A stretch of 32,000 nucleotides of DNA from Patescibacteria group bacterium (GTDB lineage: Bacteria; Patescibacteriota; Patescibacteriia; 2-01-FULL-39-33), in NCBI GenBank assembly GCA_041649575.1, contig JBAZMW010000003.1:159559-191558 (forward strand). Direction: 5' to 3'. Positions 1-10,174 of the stretch are shown here, piece by piece (the first letter of the stretch is position 1; each line of letters starts with the position of its first letter). The notes beneath the pieces were generated by a model. It did not search any database, was not told where the DNA came from, and was given only the letters and a program-made list of their open reading frames with translations. The position numbers and the translations under genes are program-made.

Positions 1-418
1 AAAGAGAGTTCTTGTTGGGTTTGTTGCTGATTGGCTGCGGTTTCCCCTTGTTGAGTGCTTTGCAGTGGCTTGGTGATCACCTGAAGATAATAGATATTAG
101 CTAGAGTCAGGGTCTCTCTACTGGTATCCTTGACCTTACCAAAATAGACCTGCCCGTTAGACAGAAAAACGGCATACCAGCTGTTTGATGAATAACTGGT
201 TTCGCTGAAGCTGGGCAAATTCAAGCTGGTAAAACGGTCCAGGACAAACCAACCCAAAAAGACCACCACAATTATTACCACTATGGTAATTATAATTTTA
301 AACCAACCCGACCTGCCTCCTCTTTCATAGGCCAACTCGTCGGCCATTTCTACTCCGCCGATTTCTGAATTATCCAGATCGACGTCTGACTTTCTTTTGA
401 TATTTTTTCTGTATTCCA
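1..418 (-). CDS. Hypothetical protein with one N-terminal transmembrane helix, C-terminus beyond the window edge
   Basis: Open minus-strand frame from ATG at 418: MEYRKNIKRKSDVDLDNSEIGGVEMADELAYERGGRSGWFKIIITIVVIIVVVFLGWFVLDRF... runs off position 1. Absent from the ORF track because it is partial. Confidence 0.7.
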
Positions 419-508
419 TTTTACCCTCATTTTTTAAACAGAGTGAACCCTGTTTAAAATTATTTATTAAATATGTTAATTTTATTAATGTCTCGCTTTT
501 CTATTTTA

Positions 509-1555
509 TTATATTTCTTTCTTTGTTTCAAGCAAGTCTTCCACTGCCACGCTAAGTGCCGTAGCCACCGGCACCGAGAGTAAAACACCCAAAACGCCGG
601 CCAGCCTGGCGCCGATTAAAACCACGATAATCACGATAACCGGATTTAAACCAACCGCTTTCTGCATTACCTTTGGCACTAGAACAGTGTTTTCTAATTG
701 CTGGATGACAATATACAGAATAAATACCCACAGAGCCAAAATCGGCGATTGGGTAAAAGCCACAAAGACAGCGGGTATTGCCCCCAAAAAAGGCCCCAGA
801 TAAGGAATAATCTCCGTCACGCCGGCAAAAAGGGCCAAAACTAAAGCATACTTGACCTGCAAGGCACTCAAGCCAATTAAACAAGCCAGAAAAATAATTA
901 GCGATAAGGCCAGTTGCCCCCGAAACCACAACCCGATTTTTTCCTGCATGCGATTAATCAACTGGGAGACGTAAGGCTGGTATTTCACCGGCACCAAAAA
1001 ACGTAGAGATCTTTTCAGGGCCTGCTCCTCTACTGTCATGTAAAAAGTGAGCATGATAATGATAAAAAAGGAAACAACGCCGCCGAAAAAAGAAAAAATC
1101 GTACCTAAAACGCTATTGGCGGCCAGACCGATATTAGATTGTAGAGCAGCCAGCGAATCGGAGACGCTTTTACCCCAGCCCTGCTGGTCGGAAAAATTTT
1201 GAATAGTACTAAATCCATTGTTAATTTTTTCCCAATAAAAGGGAAAATCTTTGGAAAGCTCGTTCACTTCGATGACAATCGGTGGTATGATTAAATAAAT
1301 CGCTCCAGCAAGAACAGAAAAAAGAACCAGATAAATCAATAAGATGCCCACTACCCGAGGAATCCGATGCCTATGCAGCCACCCCACCCAAGGATCAAAA
1401 GCCGAAGTTAGAATTACAGCCACAAAAACTATCAAAATAATGTTTCTGATATAAAACAAAAAAACCAGAGAAATAACAATTACCAAAATTTTAATCAAGG
1501 TGACGGAAGAAATATTGATCGTTGTTTTTTTGTTTTCCTCTGACATTTTTGGCAA
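509..1555 (-). CDS. AI-2E family transporter (PerM/YtvI-like permease)
   Basis: 348 aa with multiple hydrophobic helices and family-typical segments such as FAGVTEIIPYLGPFLGAIPAVFVA and LENTVLVPKVMQKAVGLNPVIVIIVVLIG. Confidence 0.9.
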   Translation of the reverse strand: MPKMSEENKKTTINISSVTLIKILVIVISLVFLFYIRNIILIVFVAVILTSAFDPWVGWLHRHRIPRVVGILLIYLVLFSVLAGAIYLIIPPIVIEVNELSKDFPFYWEKINNGFSTIQNFSDQQGWGKSVSDSLAALQSNIGLAANSVLGTIFSFFGGVVSFFIIIMLTFYMTVEEQALKRSLRFLVPVKYQPYVSQLINRMQEKIGLWFRGQLALSLIIFLACLIGLSALQVKYALVLALFAGVTEIIPYLGPFLGAIPAVFVAFTQSPILALWVFILYIVIQQLENTVLVPKVMQKAVGLNPVIVIIVVLIGARLAGVLGVLLSVPVATALSVAVEDLLETKKEI

Positions 1556-1628
1556 AATTTGATTAAACCTTGATTAAATTATAAGCTAGAGTAAAAATAA
1601 TGTCAATCGGTCGGCTGGGTGAAATTCT

Positions 1629-2078
1629 ATGAAAATAATCAATAAAAACAAAGAGGGTCTGTTCAATTACCAGGTACTGGAAAACTTCGAGGCCGGCGTT
1701 GTTCTGACCGGCCCGGAAGTCAAATCGGTCAAGAGCGGACAGGTCAGTCTCAAGGGCAGTTATATTCGACTGGACAAAAATAATGAAGCCTGGCTGATAA
1801 ATTGCCATATTTCTCCCTACCAACCGGCGGCCGGCAGTGTCAAAAATTATGAGCCAACCCAGCCGAGAAAACTGCTACTAAAAAAGAGGGAGCTGCTTTC
1901 GCTGGTGGGCAAAAGCAAGCAAAGCGGCTTGACAATTATACCAACCAGTGTATATACTAGAAAAAGATTAATTAAGGTGGGTCTGGCTCTGGCCAAAGGC
2001 AAACGAGAAATCGACAAACGCGAAACCATCAGAAAACGAGAAGCCGAGCGCCAGATCCAAAGAACCTTAAAAAGATAA
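1629..2078 (+). CDS. smpB: SsrA-binding protein SmpB
   Basis: FEAGVVLTGPEVKSVKSGQVSLKGSYIRL, plus the C-terminal KRETIRKREAERQIQRTLK tail typical of SmpB. Confidence 0.95.
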   Translation: MKIINKNKEGLFNYQVLENFEAGVVLTGPEVKSVKSGQVSLKGSYIRLDKNNEAWLINCHISPYQPAAGSVKNYEPTQPRKLLLKKRELLSLVGKSKQSGLTIIPTSVYTRKRLIKVGLALAKGKREIDKRETIRKREAERQIQRTLKR

Positions 2079-2109
2079 AAGTGCTTAACGGTTATTTGAT
2101 AATAATTCT

Positions 2110-2501
2110 GGGGATGTTTTGATTCGATAGCTTGAAATAGCCAAGAGGCAGGCCGAGATTGGCAATTGCTCGTTAACTAACAGCCAAACATATAAGTGCC
2201 AAAAACTTATTAGCTAAAGTCAAAACTGCTTTTAGCGGTTTAGCTTTGGCGCCAGCTGTTGCCTAAACAGGCTTAACAGCCATCGCCTTGCCGACGCCTA
2301 ATAGGCAAATAAGCGGTGTTATATTTTTAGGCTCGACCGGAACCATAGTCTGGAGTTCTGGTTAAAATTTTGACCAGACCGTAGGCCGCCAGTGTTTTGC
2401 TTCTTTCCAATTGGCGGCTGAAACCCAAAGAAGCAAAAGCCTGTAAACCGCTGGGCCAATTTTACAGCTAGACAGGAGCTCATTACTCCTCATCTCCACC
2501 A
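2110..2501 (+). ncRNA. ssrA: Transfer-messenger RNA (tmRNA)
   Basis: 5' GGGGATG (2110-2116) pairs with 3' CATCTCC (2491-2497), followed by A-CCA. The 5' GTTTTGATTCGATAGC block, a T-stem AGGAG/CTCCT, and a resume-codon context TAAGTGCCAAAAAC leading to a 22-codon tag ORF ending in TAA support it. Adjacent to smpB. Confidence 0.9.
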
Positions 2502-2535
2502 AAAAAATAATCAACAGTCATAAAAAAACTACTTA

Positions 2536-3093
2536 ATGAGAAAAATTTTTCGGGGCAGAAACTTTCAAGCCGATAAAACTAAATTTTTTCGCGTTAACGA
2601 AAAAATCTTTGCCAAGGAAGTAATGGTGATTGACGAGCAGGGCCAAAAACTGGGTGTCTTGGACAAATGGCAGGCCTTGCAAGAAGCCAAAAACCGCGGC
2701 TTCGACCTAGTGGAAGTCTCACCCAAAGAAAACCCGCCGATTTGCAAAATCATGGATTATGGCAGTTTTAAGTATCAACAAAAAAAGAGTGAAAAAAAAC
2801 AGCGGGCCAAAAATAAAACAACGGAAATAAAAACCATCAAACTATCCAGCCGAATTAGCCAGCACGATACTGATTTCCGCGTCAATCAGGCGTTGAAATT
2901 CTTGGAAGAAAAAAATAAAGTTAAGATTGAGTTGCAATTGCGAGGCCGAGAAAACCAACATGCCGACCTGGCTCGAGAAATGCTGGGAAACTTCGTTAAG
3001 GAAGTCCGGCTGCGCCTGCCAGAAAACAGCTTGAAAGTGGAACAAGAAGTCAAAAAACAAGGCGGCAATCTTTCCGCCATTATCTCTTCGTAA
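2536..3093 (+). CDS. infC: Translation initiation factor IF-3
   Basis: VNEKI..EVMVIDEQGQKLGVL, FDLVEVSPKENPPICKIMDYGSFKYQQKKSEKK; followed by rpmI and rplT. Confidence 0.97.
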   Translation: MRKIFRGRNFQADKTKFFRVNEKIFAKEVMVIDEQGQKLGVLDKWQALQEAKNRGFDLVEVSPKENPPICKIMDYGSFKYQQKKSEKKQRAKNKTTEIKTIKLSSRISQHDTDFRVNQALKFLEEKNKVKIELQLRGRENQHADLAREMLGNFVKEVRLRLPENSLKVEQEVKKQGGNLSAIISS

Positions 3094-3114
3094 AAATAAA
3101 ATTTAAAAGTTATT

Positions 3115-3318
3115 ATGCCTAAAAAAATAAAAACCAGACAAGCGGTCGCCAAAAGATTCAGAGTAACCAAAAAGAAGAAACTGATGAAAAGAACCGGCGG
3201 CCAGGATCATTTCAATGCCCGCGAGAGCGGCAAGACCAAGCGCGGTAAACGGCGTGACACTCAAATTGCCAAAGCCGACCGCAAAAATGTCCGGCAGTTT
3301 ATGCCTTATAATTATTAA
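3115..3318 (+). CDS. rpmI: Ribosomal protein bL35
   Basis: MPKKIKTRQAVAKRFRVTKKKKLMKR..., in infC-rpmI-rplT order. Confidence 0.95.
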   Translation: MPKKIKTRQAVAKRFRVTKKKKLMKRTGGQDHFNARESGKTKRGKRRDTQIAKADRKNVRQFMPYNY

Positions 3319-3335
3319 TCTAATTTTAATTAACT

Positions 3336-3680
3336 ATGCCCCGGGTCAAACGAGGAGTAATTCATACTAAGAATCGCAACAATATTTTGCGCCGCACCAA
3401 AGGCTTTCAGGCCGGCCGCAAAAAACTTATCAAACTAGCCAAAACCGCAGCCACCAAGGCCGGCGCTTACGCTTACCGCGACAGAAAAACCAAAAAAAGA
3501 AACTTTCGTCGGCTTTGGCAAATTCAGCTTAATGCGGCCGCCCGAGAACACGGCTATTCTTACAGCCGGTTTATGGCCGGACTGAAGAAAAACAAGATCG
3601 AGCTCGATCGTAAAATCCTGGCTCAACTGGCTCAAAAAGAGCCCAAAATTTTTGCTCAAATAATAGAAAAGATAAAATAA
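3336..3680 (+). CDS. rplT: Ribosomal protein bL20
   Basis: MPRVKRGVIHTKNRNNILRRTKGFQAGRKK... RRLWQIQLNAAAREHGYSYSRFMAGLKK. Confidence 0.97.
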   Translation: MPRVKRGVIHTKNRNNILRRTKGFQAGRKKLIKLAKTAATKAGAYAYRDRKTKKRNFRRLWQIQLNAAAREHGYSYSRFMAGLKKNKIELDRKILAQLAQKEPKIFAQIIEKIK

Positions 3681-3690
3681 TTCTTCACTA

Positions 3691-3724
3691 AAACCGCGCC
3701 CTTTCTAAAGGGCGCGGTTTTTTT
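3691..3724 (+). terminator. Intrinsic terminator after rplT
   Basis: AAACCGCGCCC-tttctaaa-GGGCGCGGTTT followed by a T run. Confidence 0.9.
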
Positions 3725-3738
3725 GTAAATCAGAAAAT

Positions 3739-6700
3739 TTAAGCTGTCACTACCTTATCTTGTAAAGGCCGAACCGCCTCTATTACTTTTTTCAAGACAG
3801 CGGCGGGATTTTTACCGGCATAAGGAGCCGAGCGGCTGACCGCCTCGCCAGTGCCCCCCTGATGGCTGGCTTCCATCACCAGTTCGGCGGGGTTGATTCG
3901 GACATCGATATTACTCTCTGCCAAAGTAAACTGCAGGACACCTTTGGTCACCTTGGCCGCCGAGGCCTGGCCAGTTATACCGGCCTCAGAAAGAATCTTG
4001 GCAACTTCTTTGCTGGGAGCGGTGCCGGCTTCAACCAGTCTAGTTAACTTAACCCAGCTTTCAAGGTTTGGAGAGTTTAAGACTTCAGTACCGCTAATTA
4101 GCTTGCCAACCGCCGAGTCGGGAGCGACTTCTCCGCCAGCAAAAGTCAGAACCTTTTTGGCCAAATCGGCGCCATGACTTTCTACCAAACCGTTAAGCGT
4201 CTCGCCAGGAACAACTTTGGGGTTCCCGCTATAGAAACTAACCACTTCTTTGGCCACACCCTTGACTCCCGATGATAAAATTTCGGCCGCTCGGCCTGGT
4301 TCAAGTCCGGCCTCATGCGCCTGACCCATCAGGTCGTAGGCGGACTGATCTAAACTGACACCAGAACCTTTGACCAAGCCGACTACCTGACGCAAATAAG
4401 CATTATTAGACTCTATTTGCGATAGAGTTTTCTCGCTTAGCTTGCCGGCGGCCTGTAAAACCTTTCCTGTATCACCGGTTTTCGGATCAAAAAAGGTGCT
4501 GGCCACTAATTCATTAAACTTATCATTACCGGCTAGTTTGGCCAGATCTTCAGGAGTGACATGATCGATATTAGCCGGTAAACCAAACTCGGTTGGACTT
4601 TTGGCAACCGCGTCTTTGATGGAATCAACCAAATAGGTAATCTTGCCTTCACGAAAGACAGGTAGCTTTTTGAGAGCTTCCGAAGTCATTTTACTAATAT
4701 CTACATCCTTCGGCAGTCCAAGTTCGGCGGGATAGGTCTGGCCGCTTTCTATGGCCTTTTTGACTGTTGATCCGAGCGCTGCTTCGCATTTCTTTTCGAT
4801 AACTCCCCAGACAGTATGCGAACCTTTAGCCTCAACTCCTTCGACGACTTCCAGCGCTTGCTCAAATTCAGTCAATTTTTCCGGCGCTTCCGGCCCAGGC
4901 GCGGTTTCCGTCGTGGCAGATTCTGCTGGCGCGGCACCTGGGGTATGTTCTGTTGGCGCACCGCCCGAAGCGGCTTCTGGCGCACCGGCGTCCGGCACTC
5001 GCGGAGCTCCTTCTGCTGGTGGGTTGCTCCCTTCAACTGTTGGTTGCTCTGCCGGCGCGGCGCCAGGAGTATGTTCTGCTGACGCTCCACCAGGAGCGGC
5101 TTCTGGCGCACCGGCGTCTAGAACTCGCTGAGCTCCTTCTGCTGGTGGCTGGCCTTCCGGCGAAACGCCGGCATGAGGGGCTTCCGCACCGCTTCCGCCG
5201 CTTCCGGCTTCAGCGGCGCCAGTGGCCGCGCCATGACCACGGAGCCATTGCCAAGGCTGAATACCGACAACCAGGCCAGCGGCGGCGGCTATCACGCCGC
5301 GTTGTATTTCTTTTCTTCTTTCAGCTCGGCCGGTTTGCTCTTCAGCTTGATGGGAAGTGCTAATATAAAAATCCAATTGATTAGACAAGGCATCGGCCAA
5401 AGAATAGCCGCTGGTATCAATGGCAGTCAATCTCTCCTCCATTCTAGCCAAACTGGCTTGATACATTTGATCAATAACCGGCTTCATTCTATCGCCAAAA
5501 ACATCTACTTGACGCTTGCCTTTTCTTTCGGCCAAGGCCGTTATTCTGGCCAACTCTTCCTTTAAATCCTTATCGCTTAAACTTCCAAACTTTTTTTCTA
5601 ACCAAGCTTTGGCAGCTTTAGGATCTTTCCTTTTCTCTTTAGCGTATTCTTTATAAATCTTCTGGGCTAATCCTTTATCTCCAAAACGTTTAGTAAATCT
5701 TTCCAGAGCGGCGTCAACACCCATGGCGGTACCGGTACCGCCAAGTATTCTTCTGGCAAAAAAGACAGCGGTCAGCAACGGCGCCGAAGCGGCGAAAGAA
5801 GTGGCAACGGCCGGAGTGGCCAAAGCCACAGCGGCTCCCAACAAAGCGCCGGAAACAATCAGTCTGCCAGTGGCATGACGTTGCCACCATCCTTTAAGTC
5901 TTTCTCCTCTGCTTTTTTCCTTACCTTCAAACTCGGCCCAGACTAGTTGGTTTTCCTTATCATACAAATCAACCAGTCCCTGAGCTAGACGATCTGGAAA
6001 CATGGCCAGAGGACTAAGTTCACCGGTCTGTACTTTGGATCGGATCGACTCTTGCAAAGTCGCTTCATAAGAACGCCTTAACTGCTCTAACTTCTGCTCG
6101 CCCTTCTTGCCGCGGAATTCGGATTTGCCAATAAGTTTCATCCTCTCTCGCCTGGCTTGATAATAGGCCTTGCGGGCTTGATCTAGGGTTGGTTTGTCTT
6201 CTTCAGTCTCAATTATTATAGGTCCTTCACCAGTTTTATCTGATGGAGGAAAAGGAGCGGCATCATCTTCCTCTTCATGAGACTTTAGTGTCGATTCTTC
6301 CGATTCATCTTCTAATTCATCTTCCGGCTTCTTTCCTGATTCCTCAAGCTCACGCACAAGACGTTCAGCCTCAGCTAGATCAAGAGGTGCTGACTCTGAC
6401 TCTAATGGAGGCGCTATTAATTCCACATCAAGAACCGACTCAATCCAAGTCGCGTATGCCTTATTATCGACAAAATTAAAGGTACGTATATAGGGTTTTT
6501 CTCCCTCTTCCACTAAACCAAGAAATTTTTCTTCATAGGTCGCTGATAAATAAGTGACTCTTATCATGCTCCCTGGCTTAATACCCCTAAATTTTTCCAA
6601 AAGTCTTTCTGTTCTTTCGGCCGGACTTTCCTCTGGCAACGGTGAAGGTCTTTCTGCTTCTTCGTCTGGATTTTCACCCGACTCCGGAGCTGGCGGCGGT

Positions 6701-9585
6701 GGAGGAGGGAGAACTTCCCCAGATAAATCCCCAAGCGGTGCTTCTGAATCATCTGGCCGCATCACTTCAACGCTCTCTATTCTATTGGTATTTTCTTGCC
6801 TGCCATCTTCAAAAAGCAACAGCATCCCGGCTGTGGTATCCACCAATCCCCTGAAGTCTCCGATAAAACTCGATCCGTCCGTACAGACCCCTGCTAGTTT
6901 ATCGCCAGGCTTACAACCGCGAAGTACTGCAAGTACTCTTTCTATTCTTTCTTTATCTTTTTTATCTTTATCTTCGGCGTCAGACTCTACCGGCGCAGGC
7001 CTAGGCGTTTCAACCGCCTCACTGGTCGCCGTCACCCTAGCTCTAACAATCTCGCCACCCGGCTTAGTAAAACCCATAGTAACAACCGCAGCAACTTTTA
7101 GATTACGGCCCTTGGGACCTTCAGTAAATGTAACCTCATGATACTTCTCATTAATATTATCGCCCAGCTGAACTAGCCAAAGTCTAAAACCAAAACTTTG
7201 CATTAACCCTGATAAATATCCGACTTTTGCGGTTTCAAAAACGGGACCATTAACCGCATCACAATATTCTCTGCCAATTTCATCTACCAAAACTTGCACC
7301 GCGTGCTCTCTGCTTTCTGTTTCTATTTTGTCTTGTAATCCTCTAGCGCCAGCAGCTAGCTGTCTCATCCCCAAGGCTTCTGCTCTGCTAAGAATTGCTG
7401 AGAGCATGGCTTGCAGCTCTTGCTGTTCCGCGCTAAGCTCTGCTTCTGCTTTTTCGTCTCCTTTTGGTGTTTCTGGCGCCGGCTGTTCGATGGCCGGTGC
7501 TAACACCTCAATCTTTGTTATTAAAGAAAGAAGGATCTTTTTTGGCTTTAAGTCACTTGGTTTGCCTTTGATCTTTACGCGGTCACCTTCCACTCCATCA
7601 AAAAAGCCCTCTTCTTTCATTCCGCCCAAATCTACCAAAATCCTAGTGCCAAGCGGCAAATCTTTTAATTGATCGGCTGTTACTTCCCGTCCTGACTGCT
7701 TAGCGCCTAACCGCTCGGCTACCTCATTCATTATTTGCAAAGCACATTCCCGAACCAAACCTCTGGCGGTTTCTTCTTCGGCGCTTTCTTTTTTGGGCCG
7801 ATAACGAGCCTCTTGGCCGGCTGCGTTTGCAGCTGTTCTAAAAAGAGTATTTTCTAAAGCAACCAAATCTTTAGGAAGAACTTTTTCTTCCTGCTCTGTC
7901 ATGTTCTGGATGATTCTTTGTTTTGTTTCCTCTAAAGCCTTTTTGAAAGCAGGCAAAAATTTAGTCTCAGATTCACCACTTCCTTCTCCTTTTAATTCTT
8001 GATCTTTCGAGCCATTCACTTCGGCCATAATTTGCTCCGCGCACGCGCTAACCAGATTTAGAACAGCCGGCTCCTCGGCATGCTTCCAGCCTTTTGTCGC
8101 CCTGATAGTTTTGTCGAGAATCGACTTTTCTAATTTATCTTTTTCTTCCGGCTTAATCCTTCTTCTCTCACTCTTCATTCTTTTGACTATCTCCTCTCGC
8201 GTCTGGTCTAATGCCTCTTTAAAAGCTTCCAAGAATGCCTCAAACTCATTTTTTTCCTCCCCCTTTCTGATAATTTCAGTGTCAATGCTTTCGCCAACCT
8301 CGCACTGGGCATTACCCTGTAATAGAATACGACAATTTTTGGCTTTTCTAATAGCCAGCTTAGCGCCATCCTCAACGACAAATCTGCTATCTGTCGCACT
8401 CTCGACTTCCATGGATATCCCGGCTCCGATCTTTTCTCTGCGCCTGTCGTTCATCTCTCTTCTTCTTACTGTTTTGAGCCCCGATCCTGGCTTTTCTTCT
8501 ATAGATCCGCCATTCTTCCCGGTGGTATCAAGCTCGGCTTCAATTTGTTCAGCGAAATTTTGGGATGCTTGGCGCACCAGGTCTTTTTCGGCTGCCGACT
8601 GCGCCTCCAAGCCGGTTTCTTTTTGGACGTCACGCTCAACTGTCCCAAAAAATATAGTTTTTTGCATATCATTGGCTTCTTGCGCATCATCAGCGCCAGC
8701 TCTAATTATGGTTATAAATTCTTGCCTTCTTCCATTTAAAACCCTCTCAAAAACAGGCAAAAACCTGTCTCTAAATTCCGGTCTGATTTCTGGCGACTCG
8801 GCCGCTGGAGCCCCTCCTTTTATTTCTCCTTTAAACGCGGCATGGGTTTCACGCAGCCCCTCTAATTCAGCTACAACTGCTTCTAACTCTTTATATAAAG
8901 GATTAAATTCATCTCTTAAAGCTTCTATATCTTCACCTATACTCTCTAAAGCCTGCACACTAAAAACCTTATTTATTAAAAAACCCAAAAAACGTTCAAT
9001 TATTTCAATCTCCTGATTAATGATTTTTTGAGCCCACTCCGGCTTGGCCTCTACCTTGGCCCTGACACTCGATAAAATAGTTTTGCCTTCAACTATGCCT
9101 GATCTCTCTTTGGCCGCGTTAACTTCTGCTCTAATTTGATCAAGAGCAATTTCGGCTTCTGCCGTCTCGGCCGGTGGCGGCGGGATTTCAACGCCAACTA
9201 CGGGGAGATGTAATCCTAAAACTGATCTGGCATTATCAATAACCCACCGAGCATTTGCCTTGTTGATTACTCCACCACGCCCTTCTTTCTTGAAAGTGTC
9301 AGACATATCCAAAATGTGCTCCAGTCCGGCTAAGAGCTCATCTAATTCCGGCGCCTGCAGGTCGGACAAATCGGACAAAGCATTAAAAGAATCTACAGCA
9401 GCCCTGAATTCTTCTACTTCTGGTTCCTTTCTTCCTGAAAGATTAGTCTTTATTCTCAAAAGAGCCCTATTTATTCTTTTTCTTTTTTCCTTGTTCTCTT
9501 TTCTCTCGGCCTCTGTTGCCTCTCCTTCGGCTCCGGGCTCAAGCTCGTCTTCTTTGTCTGGAGTTTTTGGTTTATAATCTCCCAT
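3739..9585 (-). CDS. Very large (1948 aa) predicted membrane-associated repeat protein of unknown function
   Basis: Single continuous ORF. Contains charged coiled-coil segments, internal repeats, a hydrophobic stretch (IVSGALLGAAVALATPAVATSFAASAPLLTAVFF), an Ala/Pro/Gly-rich linker repeat and a helical C-terminal region. Confidence 0.85.
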   Translation of the reverse strand: MGDYKPKTPDKEDELEPGAEGEATEAERKENKEKRKRINRALLRIKTNLSGRKEPEVEEFRAAVDSFNALSDLSDLQAPELDELLAGLEHILDMSDTFKKEGRGGVINKANARWVIDNARSVLGLHLPVVGVEIPPPPAETAEAEIALDQIRAEVNAAKERSGIVEGKTILSSVRAKVEAKPEWAQKIINQEIEIIERFLGFLINKVFSVQALESIGEDIEALRDEFNPLYKELEAVVAELEGLRETHAAFKGEIKGGAPAAESPEIRPEFRDRFLPVFERVLNGRRQEFITIIRAGADDAQEANDMQKTIFFGTVERDVQKETGLEAQSAAEKDLVRQASQNFAEQIEAELDTTGKNGGSIEEKPGSGLKTVRRREMNDRRREKIGAGISMEVESATDSRFVVEDGAKLAIRKAKNCRILLQGNAQCEVGESIDTEIIRKGEEKNEFEAFLEAFKEALDQTREEIVKRMKSERRRIKPEEKDKLEKSILDKTIRATKGWKHAEEPAVLNLVSACAEQIMAEVNGSKDQELKGEGSGESETKFLPAFKKALEETKQRIIQNMTEQEEKVLPKDLVALENTLFRTAANAAGQEARYRPKKESAEEETARGLVRECALQIMNEVAERLGAKQSGREVTADQLKDLPLGTRILVDLGGMKEEGFFDGVEGDRVKIKGKPSDLKPKKILLSLITKIEVLAPAIEQPAPETPKGDEKAEAELSAEQQELQAMLSAILSRAEALGMRQLAAGARGLQDKIETESREHAVQVLVDEIGREYCDAVNGPVFETAKVGYLSGLMQSFGFRLWLVQLGDNINEKYHEVTFTEGPKGRNLKVAAVVTMGFTKPGGEIVRARVTATSEAVETPRPAPVESDAEDKDKKDKERIERVLAVLRGCKPGDKLAGVCTDGSSFIGDFRGLVDTTAGMLLLFEDGRQENTNRIESVEVMRPDDSEAPLGDLSGEVLPPPPPPAPESGENPDEEAERPSPLPEESPAERTERLLEKFRGIKPGSMIRVTYLSATYEEKFLGLVEEGEKPYIRTFNFVDNKAYATWIESVLDVELIAPPLESESAPLDLAEAERLVRELEESGKKPEDELEDESEESTLKSHEEEDDAAPFPPSDKTGEGPIIIETEEDKPTLDQARKAYYQARRERMKLIGKSEFRGKKGEQKLEQLRRSYEATLQESIRSKVQTGELSPLAMFPDRLAQGLVDLYDKENQLVWAEFEGKEKSRGERLKGWWQRHATGRLIVSGALLGAAVALATPAVATSFAASAPLLTAVFFARRILGGTGTAMGVDAALERFTKRFGDKGLAQKIYKEYAKEKRKDPKAAKAWLEKKFGSLSDKDLKEELARITALAERKGKRQVDVFGDRMKPVIDQMYQASLARMEERLTAIDTSGYSLADALSNQLDFYISTSHQAEEQTGRAERRKEIQRGVIAAAAGLVVGIQPWQWLRGHGAATGAAEAGSGGSGAEAPHAGVSPEGQPPAEGAQRVLDAGAPEAAPGGASAEHTPGAAPAEQPTVEGSNPPAEGAPRVPDAGAPEAASGGAPTEHTPGAAPAESATTETAPGPEAPEKLTEFEQALEVVEGVEAKGSHTVWGVIEKKCEAALGSTVKKAIESGQTYPAELGLPKDVDISKMTSEALKKLPVFREGKITYLVDSIKDAVAKSPTEFGLPANIDHVTPEDLAKLAGNDKFNELVASTFFDPKTGDTGKVLQAAGKLSEKTLSQIESNNAYLRQVVGLVKGSGVSLDQSAYDLMGQAHEAGLEPGRAAEILSSGVKGVAKEVVSFYSGNPKVVPGETLNGLVESHGADLAKKVLTFAGGEVAPDSAVGKLISGTEVLNSPNLESWVKLTRLVEAGTAPSKEVAKILSEAGITGQASAAKVTKGVLQFTLAESNIDVRINPAELVMEASHQGGTGEAVSRSAPYAGKNPAAVLKKVIEAVRPLQDKVVTA

Positions 9586-9610
9586 ATAAATTAATTATTT
9601 TTATAATCAA

Positions 9611-9928
9611 TTATTTTAAATTCTCGCGCCAAGCCGCGACATCGCCGGCCAGCTGTTCTTTGAAATTGGTGACCTCTTCCAAAATTATCGCCTGCAGATC
9701 AACCTTGCCGTTCAAAAACTGTCCGATTTCTTCGTCGGAGACGCCTTTGGCGGTGAGTTTGTCAAACTCCAACTGATCCGGCTCGGAGAACTCATCCATC
9801 AGACGGAAAGAAACGCGGTCGCTAACCACCTCGTTTAGTTTGGTGAGTAAAACTTGTTTTTTGGCTTCATCCAGGTTTTCCAGGCCCAAAATGTTGAAAA
9901 CATTCTGATCCAAAAAGAGTAAATTCAT
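9611..9928 (-). CDS. Small conserved hypothetical protein; resembles a patescibacterial short DUF family (possibly DUF5663, uncertain)
   Basis: 105 aa: MNLLFLDQNVFNILGLENLDEAKKQVLLTKLNEVVSDRVSFRLMDEF...; just upstream of the giant ORF on the same strand. Confidence 0.7.
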   Translation of the reverse strand: MNLLFLDQNVFNILGLENLDEAKKQVLLTKLNEVVSDRVSFRLMDEFSEPDQLEFDKLTAKGVSDEEIGQFLNGKVDLQAIILEEVTNFKEQLAGDVAAWRENLK

Positions 9929-10145
9929 AAATTTTATTTATTTTTTATTGTTAATTATTGAATTTTGTTTAAAATAACAGTATTCCAGCTAGAGCTTAAT
10001 CTGGCTGTCTGAATATATTATACCAAACAAAGAGAATTGGTGAAAGGGTGGCAAAATAAATAATTATTAACTAATTTTATTTATACTTTTTGGCTAAAAT
10101 TAGATAATATTCTTGATAAAAAAGAAGCTTTTTTCTCAACTACTA

Positions 10146-10174
10146 TTGACAAATTATTTATGGTATGCTATAAT
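10146..10174 (+). promoter_or_regulatory. Sigma70-like promoter with extended -10
   Basis: TTGACA (10146-10151), 17-bp spacer, TGC-TATAAT (-10 at 10169-10174). Confidence 0.85.

Noticed and set aside
4751-5565. Four or more overlapping ORFs opposite the Ala/Pro-rich part of the giant gene
   Set aside because: Low-complexity GC-rich coding sequence produces open antisense frames; no independent start signals were seen.
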